Part shown: one piece after another, positions 7,360 to 17,692 of the stretch
Numbering within the stretch: position 1 is the first letter of the stretch
Layout of the letters: each line of letters begins with the position of its first letter
Source of the DNA: Myxococcota bacterium
GTDB lineage: Bacteria; Myxococcota_A; SURF-8
Direction of reading: 5' to 3'
NCBI GenBank assembly: GCA_963674735.2
Contig: CAXXQS010000002.1
Location: 832,001 to 896,000 of the forward strand
DNA: 64,000 nt
Translations under genes and position numbers: made by a program
The notes under the pieces: model-generated
Seen by the model: the letters and a program-made list of their open reading frames with translations, nothing else
Told to the model about the DNA's origin: nothing
Database searches by the model: none

Positions 7360-10089
7360 ATGGGTACATCGACATTTTACTGCAATCGACGACTCGGAGA
7401 AAAACCCAGCCGAATCATGGGTATCGGCTTTGCAACGCTGATTCTGCTACTGGCGACGCTGCTCCCCGCCTGCAGCAACGATTCACGGAGCCTGGAAGAC
7501 GGCGATCCGATCTGCGAGGCCGATTTCGGTTGGGACGGCGATCTGGACGACGAGCTGGCCGACTTGATCGAAACCCTGAATGAATCCTGCGACGATAGCG
7601 ACGGCGACCTGGACGACGAACTGGTGGAAATGTTGGAACAATTGGAAACAGATGGCCATAACGGGAGGTCGGGTATTGCGATCACATTCGACGATGCGTA
7701 CATCGAATCTTGGCACGCCTATCGCGCGTTGTTCGCGAAATATGGCGCACGGGCAAGTTTCATGCTTACGCGTCCCCATCTAATGACCGATCGACAGGTT
7801 CAACAGTTGCAGGAATTGCAGAGCGACGGTCATGAGATCGGCTGCCATACGCTGACGCATGTCCGACCCCGCGAATTCGTGGCCGAACACGGCATGCAGA
7901 CGTTCATCGATGAACAAATTCTTCCAGCGCTGGCCGCTATGCGAGAAAAAGGCCTCGAACCGAGAAGCTTTTCCTATCCCCAGGGAAACCGTTCCGACCA
8001 AACCGACCAGGTTCTGCTGAATTACTTCGATTTTCTTAGAACCTCCGGCTACTTGACACCGCAATACAAGGACAGGGTTTTCCATCGCTGGACACGCGAA
8101 CGGCTGACCTTCGCGGCCAACGTCGATGAAGGCAAATTCGCGTGGGAGGATCTGATGCTCGCCATGGACGAAGCCCAGCGTGAAGGGGTGGTACTCGTGG
8201 TCTACGCTCACGAAATCGCGGCTGAAAGCGAGCAGTTGCACATCAAGCCGGAAAATCTGGAAGCGCTGATGGTGGAAGCCCAGAAACGGGGATTGCATTT
8301 CTACACGCTGCCCGAATTGCAAGAGCAACCCGGGCCGGAAGTGATTTACTCCTGGATGGATGAGGGCTTTTTCGAGTATGCCGACAACATGTTGGACGAC
8401 ATCTACTTCACCGCCACGCGCTTCGAGTCGGCCAAGCTCGACTGGCCACTGACTTGGACGGAAGACCCCTATGGCGAAAAATACTGGCGCTTCATTTTCT
8501 ACAGCCTGCGCTTCACGCGCCATCTGCTCTACGCCTACCGCGTCACCGGCGACGAGGTCTACCGCGACAAACTCGTGGCGATTCTGCGCAGTTTCGTCGA
8601 CAAGGGAGAACAATCGCCCTACATCGACGACAAGCACACGGAGGCGTTTCTGGCCATGTCCCTGGTCAACTGCTACTGCAAGCTGTCGCGCGCAGACGCC
8701 CTGGACGACGACCTGAAGGAAAAACTGCAGGGCGTAATTTACCGGCGCGGTGAATTTCTCGAAAAAGAGGAGCATTTCGAGAAAAACAACAATCACGGCG
8801 TCACCGAAGCGGCGGCGTTGTTGCTGATTGCCGTCAACTTCACCGGTTTCGACAAGGCGGCCGAGTGGCGCAGCCTGGGCATCGAACGCCTGAACGTGGT
8901 CCTCGACAAAACGGTGGACGACGACGGCGTGCAGATCGAGCAGTCGCCCTTCTACCATTTCTACCAGTTCAACTTTTTCTGGGAAATTTTCCACTGGGAC
9001 CGGCAATTCGCGGTGGGCATCGGCGAGGAGTTCGAAAGCACCATCAACGGCATGCTGCGCTTCGCCTCCTACGTTTTGCTGCCCGACCGCAGCATCCCGC
9101 TGATCGGGTCGAGCAAGCCTTACGATCTGACCATCGAAAGCCCGCACATCTATTCCAAGGCCGCCGAGTACGATCCGGCCTGGCGCTACGTGTACACGCT
9201 GGGCGCGTCGGGAACGGTTCCCGCGCCCGCCAGCACCCTCTTCCCCGCAGGCGGCTGGGCCTTTCTGCGCTCATCTTTCGGCACGACCGACAGCTACACC
9301 GACCAAAGCCAGCTCATCATGGATGTCGGTCCTTTCCGCACCGGCCACAGCCACCTCGACGCCCTCAGTTTGCATTTTTACGCCCAGCACCGGGTGCTGC
9401 TGGCCGACTCGGGTCTGTACACCTACGAAGAGGGCGAAAAGCACGACTACTTCTTCGGCACGCGCGCGCACAACACCGTCACCGTCGACGGCGGCGACCA
9501 GGCCCAGGGCGATTGCACGCAAGGTCTGTTTGAAACGGGCGACGGCTGGGCCTACCAGTCGGGATCGCACGCGCTCTACGACGGGGTGACGCACAGCCGC
9601 GGCGCATTTCTCATCGGGCAGGATCTGGTGCTGGTGGTGGATGAACTGGTGGGTCTCGCCTCCCACAGCTACGAGCAGAACTGGCACCTCTCCCCCGAAG
9701 CCAAGCTGACCCTGGACGGTCTGTCGGCCTCCGTGACGGATGAAAACGACGCGCCGCTTCTGGCGATCCGGCAAGCGCTGTCCAGCGGCGTCACGCCAAA
9801 CAGCGTAAAGGGGCAGGCCTCTCCCTACGACGGCTGGGTCTCCCTCGAATACGAAGAGGACACCCCCGCCTGGCGCGTGGGCTACACCCAGGAAGGGCAG
9901 ACGGCCATCTACGCAACCCTGATCGCCGCCGGTTCCGCCGCAGCCGATCCCGCGCTTGCCATCCGGGCGGAAAAAGACGGGGAAAACTGGACCCTCGCCC
10001 TGACCGCAAACGGTCAAAGCTATTCAATCGAGGTCCACAGTCTCGCGGGAACCTCCGAAAGCGTCTCGGTGGAACAAAGCACGCGCTAG
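7360..10089 (+). CDS. Lipoprotein: NodB-type polysaccharide deacetylase domain fused to heparinase II/III-like lyase domains
   Basis: Lipobox LLPAC; ITFDDA, HEIGCHTLTH and FSYPQG (CE4); NNHG, EQSPFYH, GHSHLDALS, DSGLYTY and AHNTVTVDG (heparinase II/III). GAGG precedes ATG 7360. Confidence 0.85.
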   Translation: MGTSTFYCNRRLGEKPSRIMGIGFATLILLLATLLPACSNDSRSLEDGDPICEADFGWDGDLDDELADLIETLNESCDDSDGDLDDELVEMLEQLETDGHNGRSGIAITFDDAYIESWHAYRALFAKYGARASFMLTRPHLMTDRQVQQLQELQSDGHEIGCHTLTHVRPREFVAEHGMQTFIDEQILPALAAMREKGLEPRSFSYPQGNRSDQTDQVLLNYFDFLRTSGYLTPQYKDRVFHRWTRERLTFAANVDEGKFAWEDLMLAMDEAQREGVVLVVYAHEIAAESEQLHIKPENLEALMVEAQKRGLHFYTLPELQEQPGPEVIYSWMDEGFFEYADNMLDDIYFTATRFESAKLDWPLTWTEDPYGEKYWRFIFYSLRFTRHLLYAYRVTGDEVYRDKLVAILRSFVDKGEQSPYIDDKHTEAFLAMSLVNCYCKLSRADALDDDLKEKLQGVIYRRGEFLEKEEHFEKNNNHGVTEAAALLLIAVNFTGFDKAAEWRSLGIERLNVVLDKTVDDDGVQIEQSPFYHFYQFNFFWEIFHWDRQFAVGIGEEFESTINGMLRFASYVLLPDRSIPLIGSSKPYDLTIESPHIYSKAAEYDPAWRYVYTLGASGTVPAPASTLFPAGGWAFLRSSFGTTDSYTDQSQLIMDVGPFRTGHSHLDALSLHFYAQHRVLLADSGLYTYEEGEKHDYFFGTRAHNTVTVDGGDQAQGDCTQGLFETGDGWAYQSGSHALYDGVTHSRGAFLIGQDLVLVVDELVGLASHSYEQNWHLSPEAKLTLDGLSASVTDENDAPLLAIRQALSSGVTPNSVKGQASPYDGWVSLEYEEDTPAWRVGYTQEGQTAIYATLIAAGSAAADPALAIRAEKDGENWTLALTANGQSYSIEVHSLAGTSESVSVEQSTR

Positions 10090-10093
10090 GATC

Positions 10094-10225
10094 GAGCCGA
10101 CACGCTCCAACGCAAAGAGACCCCCTTCCTCCTGCGGAGGACTCCCCCTTGGTAAGGGGGAGATCAATGGAACAAACCGGTAAGATTAGGTAACAGGGGG
10201 TAGGATGGGCAACTTGTTGCCCATC
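10094..10225. repeat. Intergenic REP-like cluster: truncated GGAGC/GCTCC unit, CCCCCTT/AAGGGGG hairpin, GTAG-tagged palindrome
   Basis: 10117-10164 matches 13187-13235; GTAGGATGGGCAACTTGTTGCCCATC (10200-10225) matches 24170-24195 and the reverse complement of 13125-13150. Confidence 0.8.
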
Positions 10226-10420
10226 TTCATGTATGCCAACACGGCACCTCTTTCAAAAATAGCATTGTCGGGCAAATGTCTTGCCCGACCCCGGCTTTCG
10301 TGTTTCAAACGCCCATCAGCGACCGGCTCGAACCTGGGGGCTGTCGGCTCCGATTGCGCCCCTTCTCGGACCGTGCTATGCTTCCGCCATCGGGCGGACG
10401 GTCCGCGAAGGAGAAACCGC

Positions 10421-11497
10421 ATGAAAATCGAAAAACTGTCGCGCGAAGAGATCCTGGCGCTTCCCAAGATCGATCTGCACGTACACCTGGACGGCTCGAT
10501 GCGCCTGTCCACCATCCTCGATCTGGCCAAGCAGGACAACATCCGACTTCCGGCGGATAACGAGGAGGATCTGGCCAAGGCCATGCGCCTGGGTGAAAAG
10601 GTCGGATCGCTCACCGAATACCTCAAAGCCTTCGACATCACCTGCTCGGTGCTGCAGGGAGACGGCAAGCTGCGCCGCGCCGCCTACGAACTGGTGGAGG
10701 ACGCCGCCGCCGAGAACGTGCGCTATATGGAAGTCCGTTTCGCACCGGTCCTGCACACCCGCGAGGGACTACCGCTGGAGGCCGTGATGGAAGCGGTGCT
10801 GGAGGGGTTGCAGGAAGGCGAGCGCAAATACGGCGTACAGTCGGGCGTGATCATCTGCGGTATCCGCAATATGAGCCCGGAAGTCAGTTACAAGCTGGCG
10901 CAACTGGCCGTCAGCTACAAAAACGCCGGGGTGGTGGGTTTCGACCTGGCCGGAGCCGAATTCAACAATCCGCCCAAAGAGCACCTGAAGGCCTTTTATC
11001 TCGTCACCAACAACAATCTGAACGTCACGCTGCACGCGGGCGAGGCCGCCGGGGCCGAGTCGATCCACCAGGCTATTCATTACAACAAAGCCAACCGCAT
11101 CGGGCACGGCACGCGCCTCTTTGAAAACGGCGACCTGATGAATTACGTCAACGACCACCGCATCGCCCTGGAAGTCTGTCTCAGTTCCAACGTGCAGACC
11201 AACGCCGTCCCCAGCCTGGAGGCGCATCCGCTGCCCATGTACTACCGCAAGGGGCTGCGCGTGACCATCAACACCGACAATCGGCTGATCACCAACACCA
11301 CCGTCACCGACGAGCTGCTGATCGCCAACCGCGAATACGGCCTCTCGATGCTCGACATCAAGAAGATCATCATGAACGGCTTCAAGTCGATGTTCCAACC
11401 CTACTCCGTGCGCAAGCGCTATCTGGCACGCATGCGCGAAGAACTGGGACTGGCCACCTACTACACCCCCGATTTCGGCATGGCCATCGATCATTAA
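10421..11497 (+). CDS. add: Adenosine deaminase
   Basis: LPKIDLHVHLDGS, GFDLAGAE, HAGE, RIGHG and NTDN motifs. AGGAG precedes ATG 10421. Confidence 0.95.
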   Translation: MKIEKLSREEILALPKIDLHVHLDGSMRLSTILDLAKQDNIRLPADNEEDLAKAMRLGEKVGSLTEYLKAFDITCSVLQGDGKLRRAAYELVEDAAAENVRYMEVRFAPVLHTREGLPLEAVMEAVLEGLQEGERKYGVQSGVIICGIRNMSPEVSYKLAQLAVSYKNAGVVGFDLAGAEFNNPPKEHLKAFYLVTNNNLNVTLHAGEAAGAESIHQAIHYNKANRIGHGTRLFENGDLMNYVNDHRIALEVCLSSNVQTNAVPSLEAHPLPMYYRKGLRVTINTDNRLITNTTVTDELLIANREYGLSMLDIKKIIMNGFKSMFQPYSVRKRYLARMREELGLATYYTPDFGMAIDH

Positions 11498-11506
11498 GGA
11501 GTGCGC

Positions 11507-11698
11507 ATGTTCGGCCTGATTGTCCGCATTCTCGCCTACCTCTCCATCATCGGCGGCTTTTACATCGAGTTCGGCAACCTGCCCTACCGCAACCTGTCGG
11601 GCGGGTTGATTTTCGGCGGCGTCGCCCTGCTGCTGTTTCTGGCGTTTCGACGCGCCTGGAAAACCCGCGGCCGCATGACCCCGCGCGACGACGACTGA
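11507..11698 (+). CDS. Small two-TM membrane protein, probably co-transcribed with add
   Basis: AGGAG RBS directly after the add stop, host-like codon usage, two hydrophobic segments. Confidence 0.7.
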   Translation: MFGLIVRILAYLSIIGGFYIEFGNLPYRNLSGGLIFGGVALLLFLAFRRAWKTRGRMTPRDDD

Positions 11699-11767
11699 CC
11701 GGCCGGGAGCTCGTCGGAGACGCGCGACGAGTGACCGGGACATATCCATGAAACCATGAACCGCTAA

Positions 11768-11894
11768 GGGTGCCATAGTCTCACAAACGAAGTTTGGGAG
11801 GCTGTGCTTTCCTTTTTCGATGGTATGGACATGGAGATATCGGAATGGTAAGACACACAGCCTCCCGGTTTTCAACCGTGAGACTATGCCACCC
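11768..11894. repeat. GGTG-ended inverted repeat pair (REPIN-like)
   Basis: GGGTGCCATAGTCTCAC...GGGAGGCTGTG pairs with CACAGCCTCCC...GTGAGACTATGCCACCC. Confidence 0.7.
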
Positions 11895-12033
11895 ATGAAA
11901 CACCACCACCCGCCGTGTGCCGGACGATGCCACACGCCTGAGTCACATAGGGTTTGACTCGTCCAAGCCAGCGTGCTAAAGTTTTGTCACTTGCCACGGA
12001 ATCGATCGTCTCTCAGCTTGGGAAGGGGTTGTT

Positions 12034-12900
12034 ATGCGCCTTATTCGCCGAATGCGTCCGTTGCGCGCTTTTGCGCTATTGCCCCTGCTGCTGCTGGCCC
12101 TTGCCGCCTGCGATTCGGAGTCGGACAGCGTCGATGGCGACCAAGCAGACCCATGGGAGGAGTTGGGTATTGCCTGGGCTTCTATTCCCTCCGGAAGCTT
12201 CACCATGGGTTGTGAACCTGAGGAAATAGTTTGTATACAGCCTAGCATCGATGATTGCGAACCCGTCGAACGTTTTTATTGCAATTCGACCATGGCTCCT
12301 CCTCACAATGTCGATATTCCAGCGTTTTTCATGATGACCACGGAGGTGACCCAGACGCAGTTTGCGGCTGTTATGGGAGGACCACCTGAAGCGGTCATTG
12401 AGAACCCGGATCTGCAATCGGATTGCGACAACTGCCCGGTGGTTAGTGTGTTGTGGAGAGAAGCTCGGGATTTTTGTGCGACTATTGATGCACGTTTACC
12501 CAGCGAGTCGGAGTGGGAATACGTCGCCCAGCATTGCCCTGAAGAAGCCGTTCCGGGCTGCAGGGGATATCAGTTTGAAATCAACGACTATGAATGGACG
12601 TTTTTAACATCGGAAGACAACCTACAACCCGTCGGTCAGCTTCTACCCAATCAACTTGGTGTATACGACATATTGTCCAATGCTAAAGAATTGGTACAAG
12701 ACTGCTGGCACGATTCCTATGAAGGAGCACCCAGTGATGGCAGTGCATGGGGAAGTGCAGGGAATTGTAAAAAAGAGGTTAGTAGAGGATACGCCTTTTA
12801 TAACTATTACAAAAATATTTCTGCATACAATAGAGAGAAAGGAGCTTTCTATAGATCCTCTTCTTATCAAAGTTTCCGCTGTGCTCGAGATGGGGAGTAG
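12034..12900 (+). CDS. Formylglycine-generating-enzyme (FGE/SUMF1, CLec-fold) domain lipoprotein
   Basis: Lipobox LAAC; IPSGSFTMG, TEVT, PVVSV.W..A..FC, RLPSESEWEY, PNQLGVYD..SN..E..QDCWH and terminal FRCARD. Confidence 0.9.
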   Translation: MRLIRRMRPLRAFALLPLLLLALAACDSESDSVDGDQADPWEELGIAWASIPSGSFTMGCEPEEIVCIQPSIDDCEPVERFYCNSTMAPPHNVDIPAFFMMTTEVTQTQFAAVMGGPPEAVIENPDLQSDCDNCPVVSVLWREARDFCATIDARLPSESEWEYVAQHCPEEAVPGCRGYQFEINDYEWTFLTSEDNLQPVGQLLPNQLGVYDILSNAKELVQDCWHDSYEGAPSDGSAWGSAGNCKKEVSRGYAFYNYYKNISAYNREKGAFYRSSSYQSFRCARDGE

Positions 12901-12955
12901 ATATAGACAAAGATTTCGTTTGACACGTCCTAAGACTCTTTTTCAAACTCCCCAC

Positions 12956-13322
12956 GTTGGAGCGCATCTCCGATGGGCTCCAATTTCTAAAGAGCAGGTC
13001 AGAGACCGGCTCTAACCCAGGGAAATTTTATCGACGGCTTCCTCTATACACCCTTTTGCAAACGGCTACTCGGGATGAGCGTTACATGTTTCATCCCATC
13101 GATATGATTTGCCATTTCCTGAACGATGGGCAACAAGTTGCCCCTCCTACCTTTCTGAAACAGGAAGCAATCCTGCTCCATCAAAGAAGACCCCCTCCCT
13201 CCTGCGGAGTACTCCCCCTTGCTAAGGGGGAGATTTTTAGATCCCCTCCTTTCCAAGGAGGGGTGGATTCGCAAAGCGAAGACGGGGTGGTCGAGAGGAG
13301 CCCGTCGCAGACGCGCTCCAAC
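12956..13322. repeat. Mosaic of REP-like elements
   Basis: 12956-13017 is the reverse complement of 37746-37820; 13030-13160 is the reverse complement of about 24160-24291; 13187-13290 holds CCCC/GGGG hairpins; 13297-13322 is a GGAGCCCGTC...GCGCTCCAAC unit. Confidence 0.8.
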
Positions 13323-13405
13323 CTCCTAGCGAATGGGTGAGGGTTCGACCCGCCAAGAATCCGCCGCCGCTCGGCAAAATTTTCCCCTTTCCACATCTCG
13401 ATTTT

Positions 13406-13421
13406 CGGCCCGCTGTTTGCA
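13406..13421 (+). promoter_or_regulatory. Putative sigma-54 promoter for flhA
   Basis: CGGCCCGCTGTTTGCA has GG-N10-GC spacing, about 60 bp upstream of flhA. Confidence 0.55.
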
Positions 13422-13483
13422 TTATCAACAGGCAACCGGTTTGAACCGGCATGACGAACTACCCGGGAACAGAAGGATCACCC

Positions 13484-15556
13484 ATGTTCGATCGGCTTAA
13501 ATTCATCACGGATAACACGGACATAGCGGTAGCTGTGGCCATCGTCGGCGTCGTCGGCATGATGGTGCTGCCGGTCCCGCCGGTCTTGATGGATGTGTTT
13601 CTGGCCGTCAGCATCACGATCTCCCTTGTCATTCTGCTGACGACCATCTACATCAACAAGCCCCTGCAATTTTCCGTCTTTCCGTCCGTCTTGCTGGTTC
13701 TCACCCTGTTCCGCCTGTCTCTCAACATCGCCACCACCCGCCTGATCCTGATCAACGGCCACACCGGACCCAGCGCGGCCGGAAACGTGATCATGAGCTT
13801 CGGCCAGTTCGTCGTGGGCGGCAATTACGTGGTGGGCATCATCGTCTTCCTGATTCTCGTCATCATCAACTTCATCGTCATCACCAAGGGCGCCGGTCGT
13901 ATCGCCGAGGTGGCCGCCCGCTTCGTTTTGGATTCCATGCCCGGCAAGCAGATGAGCATCGATGCCGACCTCAACGCGGGCATCATCCGCGAGGCCGAAG
14001 CCAAGGCGCGCCGCAAGGAAATCGAGAACGAAGCCGACTTCTACGGAGCCATGGACGGTGCCAGCAAGTTCGTGCGCGGCGATGCCATCGCCGGTTTGCT
14101 CATCACCGCCATCAATATCATCGCGGGCTTTGTCATCGGCGTCGTGCAAATCGGCATGCCCGTGGCCAAAGCCGCGACAACGTACACGATTTTGACGGTT
14201 GGTGACGGTTTGGTGTCGCAAATTCCGTCTCTGATCACATCCACCGCCGCCGGTATTCTGGTCACCCGCACCGCTTCCGACACCAACCTGGGCACTGATG
14301 CCTTCAACCAGCTTTTCAAGCAATGGCGCGTCTCGGGCATGGTCGCCGTGTTTCTGGTGGGTTTCGCCATGGTACCCGGCATGCCCACCATCACCTTCCT
14401 GATGCTGGCCATTCTGCTTGGCTCGCTGGCCTTCTTCGGCCGCCGCACCGAGCAGGTCAGTCAAGTTAAACCCGTTGATTTCTCTGAAGAATCCGAAGAG
14501 CCGGAAGTCAGCGAAACCGAACGTTTGGAGTCCATGCTGCCACTCGATCTGCTGGAGTTGGAGGTCGGTTACGGCATCATCAGCCTGGTCGACAATCGTC
14601 AGGGCGGCGAGCTTCTGGAACGTATCACGGCCTTGAGAAGGCAGTTCGTCACCCAGTTCGGCATCATCGTTCCGCCGATCCACATCCGGGATAACCTGCA
14701 ACTCGAACCCAACCAGTACGGCGTCTTGCTAAAGGGCACGGAGATTGCAAGAGGCGATATCATGGCAGACCAGTTTCTTGCTATGAACCCTGGAGATGTA
14801 GAAGGCGAAATCGAAGGAGTGGATACGGTGGAGCCCGCATTCGGATTACCGGCCAAATGGATTACCAAGGAGCAACGCGAAAAAGCGGAAGCGTTGGGGT
14901 ATACCGTTGTGGATGCCTCCACCGTCATGGCCACCCACTTGTCCGAAATCCTCAAAGACAGCGCCGCCGACCTGATCGGGCGGCCCGAATTGCAGAACCT
15001 GCTGGATGTCTTCGCCAAGAGCAACCCGAAGATCGTGGAAGACCTCATTCCCGGCTTGTTGTCGCTGGGGGAAGTCCTGCGCGTGATCAAAAACCTGCTG
15101 GTCGAGCAAGTCTCGGTGCGCGACCTGCGCACGATCCTCGAAACCCTGGCCGATCTGGCTCCCCAGACCAAAAACAGCGAGGTGCTTTCGGAAATCGTGC
15201 GTCAGAAGCTGGGTAAGTCGATCACGAGCCGCTTCACCACCCCCGAAAACAACATCTATGCCATCATGTTCGAGCGGTCGGTCGAGGAAATGTTCCGCAA
15301 TTCCCAGCGGGTCATGGACGACGAGATCCAGGTTGCGGTCAATCCGGAGCAGGCGAAAACGATCCTGAAAGGACTCGAAGCCCAGGTCGGCGAAGCCGCC
15401 GCCCAGGTCATTCAACCGGTCCTGCTGGTTCCACCGGAAATTCGCAAAGCCATCTACAATTTCATCAGACGTGTCATGCCGGATCTACCGGTCGTGTCGC
15501 ATCGCGAGATCGACCCGACCGTCAACATCCAGTTGATCGGCACCGTAGGCGCGTAG
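13484..15556 (+). CDS. flhA: Flagellar export gate protein FlhA
   Basis: RIAEVAARFVLDSMPGKQMSIDADL, FYGAMDGASKFVRGDAIAG and GDGLVSQIP motifs. Confidence 0.98.
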   Translation: MFDRLKFITDNTDIAVAVAIVGVVGMMVLPVPPVLMDVFLAVSITISLVILLTTIYINKPLQFSVFPSVLLVLTLFRLSLNIATTRLILINGHTGPSAAGNVIMSFGQFVVGGNYVVGIIVFLILVIINFIVITKGAGRIAEVAARFVLDSMPGKQMSIDADLNAGIIREAEAKARRKEIENEADFYGAMDGASKFVRGDAIAGLLITAINIIAGFVIGVVQIGMPVAKAATTYTILTVGDGLVSQIPSLITSTAAGILVTRTASDTNLGTDAFNQLFKQWRVSGMVAVFLVGFAMVPGMPTITFLMLAILLGSLAFFGRRTEQVSQVKPVDFSEESEEPEVSETERLESMLPLDLLELEVGYGIISLVDNRQGGELLERITALRRQFVTQFGIIVPPIHIRDNLQLEPNQYGVLLKGTEIARGDIMADQFLAMNPGDVEGEIEGVDTVEPAFGLPAKWITKEQREKAEALGYTVVDASTVMATHLSEILKDSAADLIGRPELQNLLDVFAKSNPKIVEDLIPGLLSLGEVLRVIKNLLVEQVSVRDLRTILETLADLAPQTKNSEVLSEIVRQKLGKSITSRFTTPENNIYAIMFERSVEEMFRNSQRVMDDEIQVAVNPEQAKTILKGLEAQVGEAAAQVIQPVLLVPPEIRKAIYNFIRRVMPDLPVVSHREIDPTVNIQLIGTVGA

Positions 15557-15574
15557 GGCAAAGGAGCGAGACAG

Positions 15575-16792
15575 ATGGACGTACATCGATATGAATCAAA
15601 CAGTGTCGCCGAAGGCATGCTGAGGGTACGCCGCGAACTGGGCACCGATGCCGAGATCCTGTCGGTGGAGCAAACCCGCAATCCCGGACGAAGAGGAAGG
15701 ATTCGCATTACCGCCCGAGCGACCACGTCGACCCCCCAAATGCCCGATGCCGCCGCTGCCTCCTATCGCAGCAATCCGCCCGAAACCGACGATGGCGCCA
15801 TCGCGTTCGACGGTCAGAAAATTCTGGCCGACATCTACGCCGCGCAGTCACGGAAAGCCAAAGTGGAACCCCCCAAGACGAAAAGTCGCGTGAAGAATTC
15901 CTATGCCCTGATCGACGATGCGCCCAGCTATACCCCATCCGCCGACACGAGCACCTTCGATCAAATCCTGACCACCGAACCGCCGTCAGCACCCGCCGGC
16001 GGCATCACCGACGAACTTCCCCAGGAAGTGACCTCGCTCTATTTCTACCTGCTGGACATCGGCATCGACCCCGAGATCGCCGAAGAAATCATCGAACGCC
16101 TGTGCCACCGCTTCGACCCCAATCGCGGCTGGCAGCCCGAACGCGTGCACGACTTCCTGAGCAATCTGGTCGCCGGAAACATCCGCGTGGGCGGCACGCT
16201 GGGTCACGGTCGCAAAAAGCGCGTCGTGGCGCTGGTCGGTCCCACCGGCGTGGGAAAAACCACCACCATCGCCAAATTGGCCACCCGCCTGGCCAGCCGC
16301 AACATCAGCGTGGGCCTGATTACGGTCGATAACTTCCGCGTCGGCGCGGTCGATCAGTTGCGTAAATTCGCCAGCGCCCTTTCGCAGCCGCTTTTGGTGG
16401 CCACCAACCCCAAGGAATTCGTCTCTTCCCTGCGCGCCTTCCGCACCCGCCAGGTGGTCCTGGTGGATACGGCCGGACAAAACCCGCGCGACCCGGGCGT
16501 TTTGGATCGCCTCAACGGCACCTTGAATGCCGCCGAGGGCATCGAACGCCACCTGGTTCTGGCGGCGACAACCAAAGAACGCGACCTCAAAGCCTATGCC
16601 GATCTGTACCGCTCGGTGGGTTTCGAGTATCTGCTGTTTTCCAAACTGGATGAAACCGCCACGTATGGCGGCTTGCTCAATACCCATTTTTCTTGCGAAA
16701 AACCGTTCTCGTATTTCACCACCGGGCAGCGTGTCCCGGACGATATTGAAGAAGCGGATGCCGATCGACTCAATGGGCTGCTGTTCAATTAA
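15575..16792 (+). CDS. flhF: SRP-type GTPase FlhF
   Basis: GPTGVGKTTTIAKLA, DTAG, SKLDE and TGQRVPDDI; follows flhA. Confidence 0.95.
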   Translation: MDVHRYESNSVAEGMLRVRRELGTDAEILSVEQTRNPGRRGRIRITARATTSTPQMPDAAAASYRSNPPETDDGAIAFDGQKILADIYAAQSRKAKVEPPKTKSRVKNSYALIDDAPSYTPSADTSTFDQILTTEPPSAPAGGITDELPQEVTSLYFYLLDIGIDPEIAEEIIERLCHRFDPNRGWQPERVHDFLSNLVAGNIRVGGTLGHGRKKRVVALVGPTGVGKTTTIAKLATRLASRNISVGLITVDNFRVGAVDQLRKFASALSQPLLVATNPKEFVSSLRAFRTRQVVLVDTAGQNPRDPGVLDRLNGTLNAAEGIERHLVLAATTKERDLKAYADLYRSVGFEYLLFSKLDETATYGGLLNTHFSCEKPFSYFTTGQRVPDDIEEADADRLNGLLFN

Positions 16793-16858
16793 TTGTGGAT
16801 GTCACCCACTTGAATCCCGTTCCGGTGATCGTTCGATAGCAGGGAGGCTTGAAACGAA

Positions 16859-17683
16859 ATGACCAAACCCACAACCCGACGTCGAGGTTTTTCACCGCTT
16901 TTGATAGCGGTTACGTCCGGCAAGGGCGGCGTCGGAAAAACCACCCTGTCGGTCAATCTGGCCGTCACCTTTGCGGCGAAGGGTCGACGCGTGCTGGTGG
17001 TGGACGGCGATCTGGGCTTGGCAAACGTCGACATCATGTTCGGCGTCAAGCCTAAATACAACTTTCATCACCTGATCAACGGCGATAAATCGCTCGAAGA
17101 CATCATCGTGCGCGGTCCGGGCGGCATCGATCTGATGCCCGCCTCGTCGGGAATCAGTTCCCTGGCCAATCTCGACGCCGACCAGCAAATGGTGGTGCTG
17201 GGCCAGCTCGAAACCTTGAAAAACCGCTACGACGTCATCCTGATCGATACGGCGGCCGGTATCGGCTCCAACGTGTTGCATTTCGCCGCGTCGGCGATGT
17301 ACGTCCTGGTCGTGGTCACCCACGAACCCACGTCTCTGGCCGATTCTTACGCCATCATCAAAGTGCTGCGCCAGAATTACAACGTCCACCGTTTCCAGCT
17401 GGTGGTCAACTCGGCTTACAACGAAAAAGCCGCCCTGCGCGTTTATCAAACCTTGTCGGATATTGCCGACAATTTCATCGATGTTGTGATAGACTATATG
17501 GGGATGATCCCGAAGGATGAAAAAATCAGCAGCTCGATTCTGTCGCAGCGGCCCTTTGTCGAAATGTTTCCTTCGGCACCCTGCTCGATTGCTTTGAACA
17601 AGTTGTCGGATGCACTTCTGGCAAAACGCGCACACGCGCAAGGAGATGACCAGCCGATCCTATGGTCGCGCATAATCGAATGA
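16859..17683 (+). CDS. flhG: MinD-like ATPase FlhG/FleN
   Basis: SGKGGVGKT, DGDLGLAN and EPTSLADSYA; lies between flhF and fliA. Confidence 0.95.
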   Translation: MTKPTTRRRGFSPLLIAVTSGKGGVGKTTLSVNLAVTFAAKGRRVLVVDGDLGLANVDIMFGVKPKYNFHHLINGDKSLEDIIVRGPGGIDLMPASSGISSLANLDADQQMVVLGQLETLKNRYDVILIDTAAGIGSNVLHFAASAMYVLVVVTHEPTSLADSYAIIKVLRQNYNVHRFQLVVNSAYNEKAALRVYQTLSDIADNFIDVVIDYMGMIPKDEKISSSILSQRPFVEMFPSAPCSIALNKLSDALLAKRAHAQGDDQPILWSRIIE

Positions 17684-17692
17684 GGAATGTGC

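Noticed and set aside
12957-13452. Short ORFs here and at 23614-24628 and 39381-39572 that share peptide segments
   Set aside because: The similarity comes from non-coding DNA repeats read in frame, not from a protein family.
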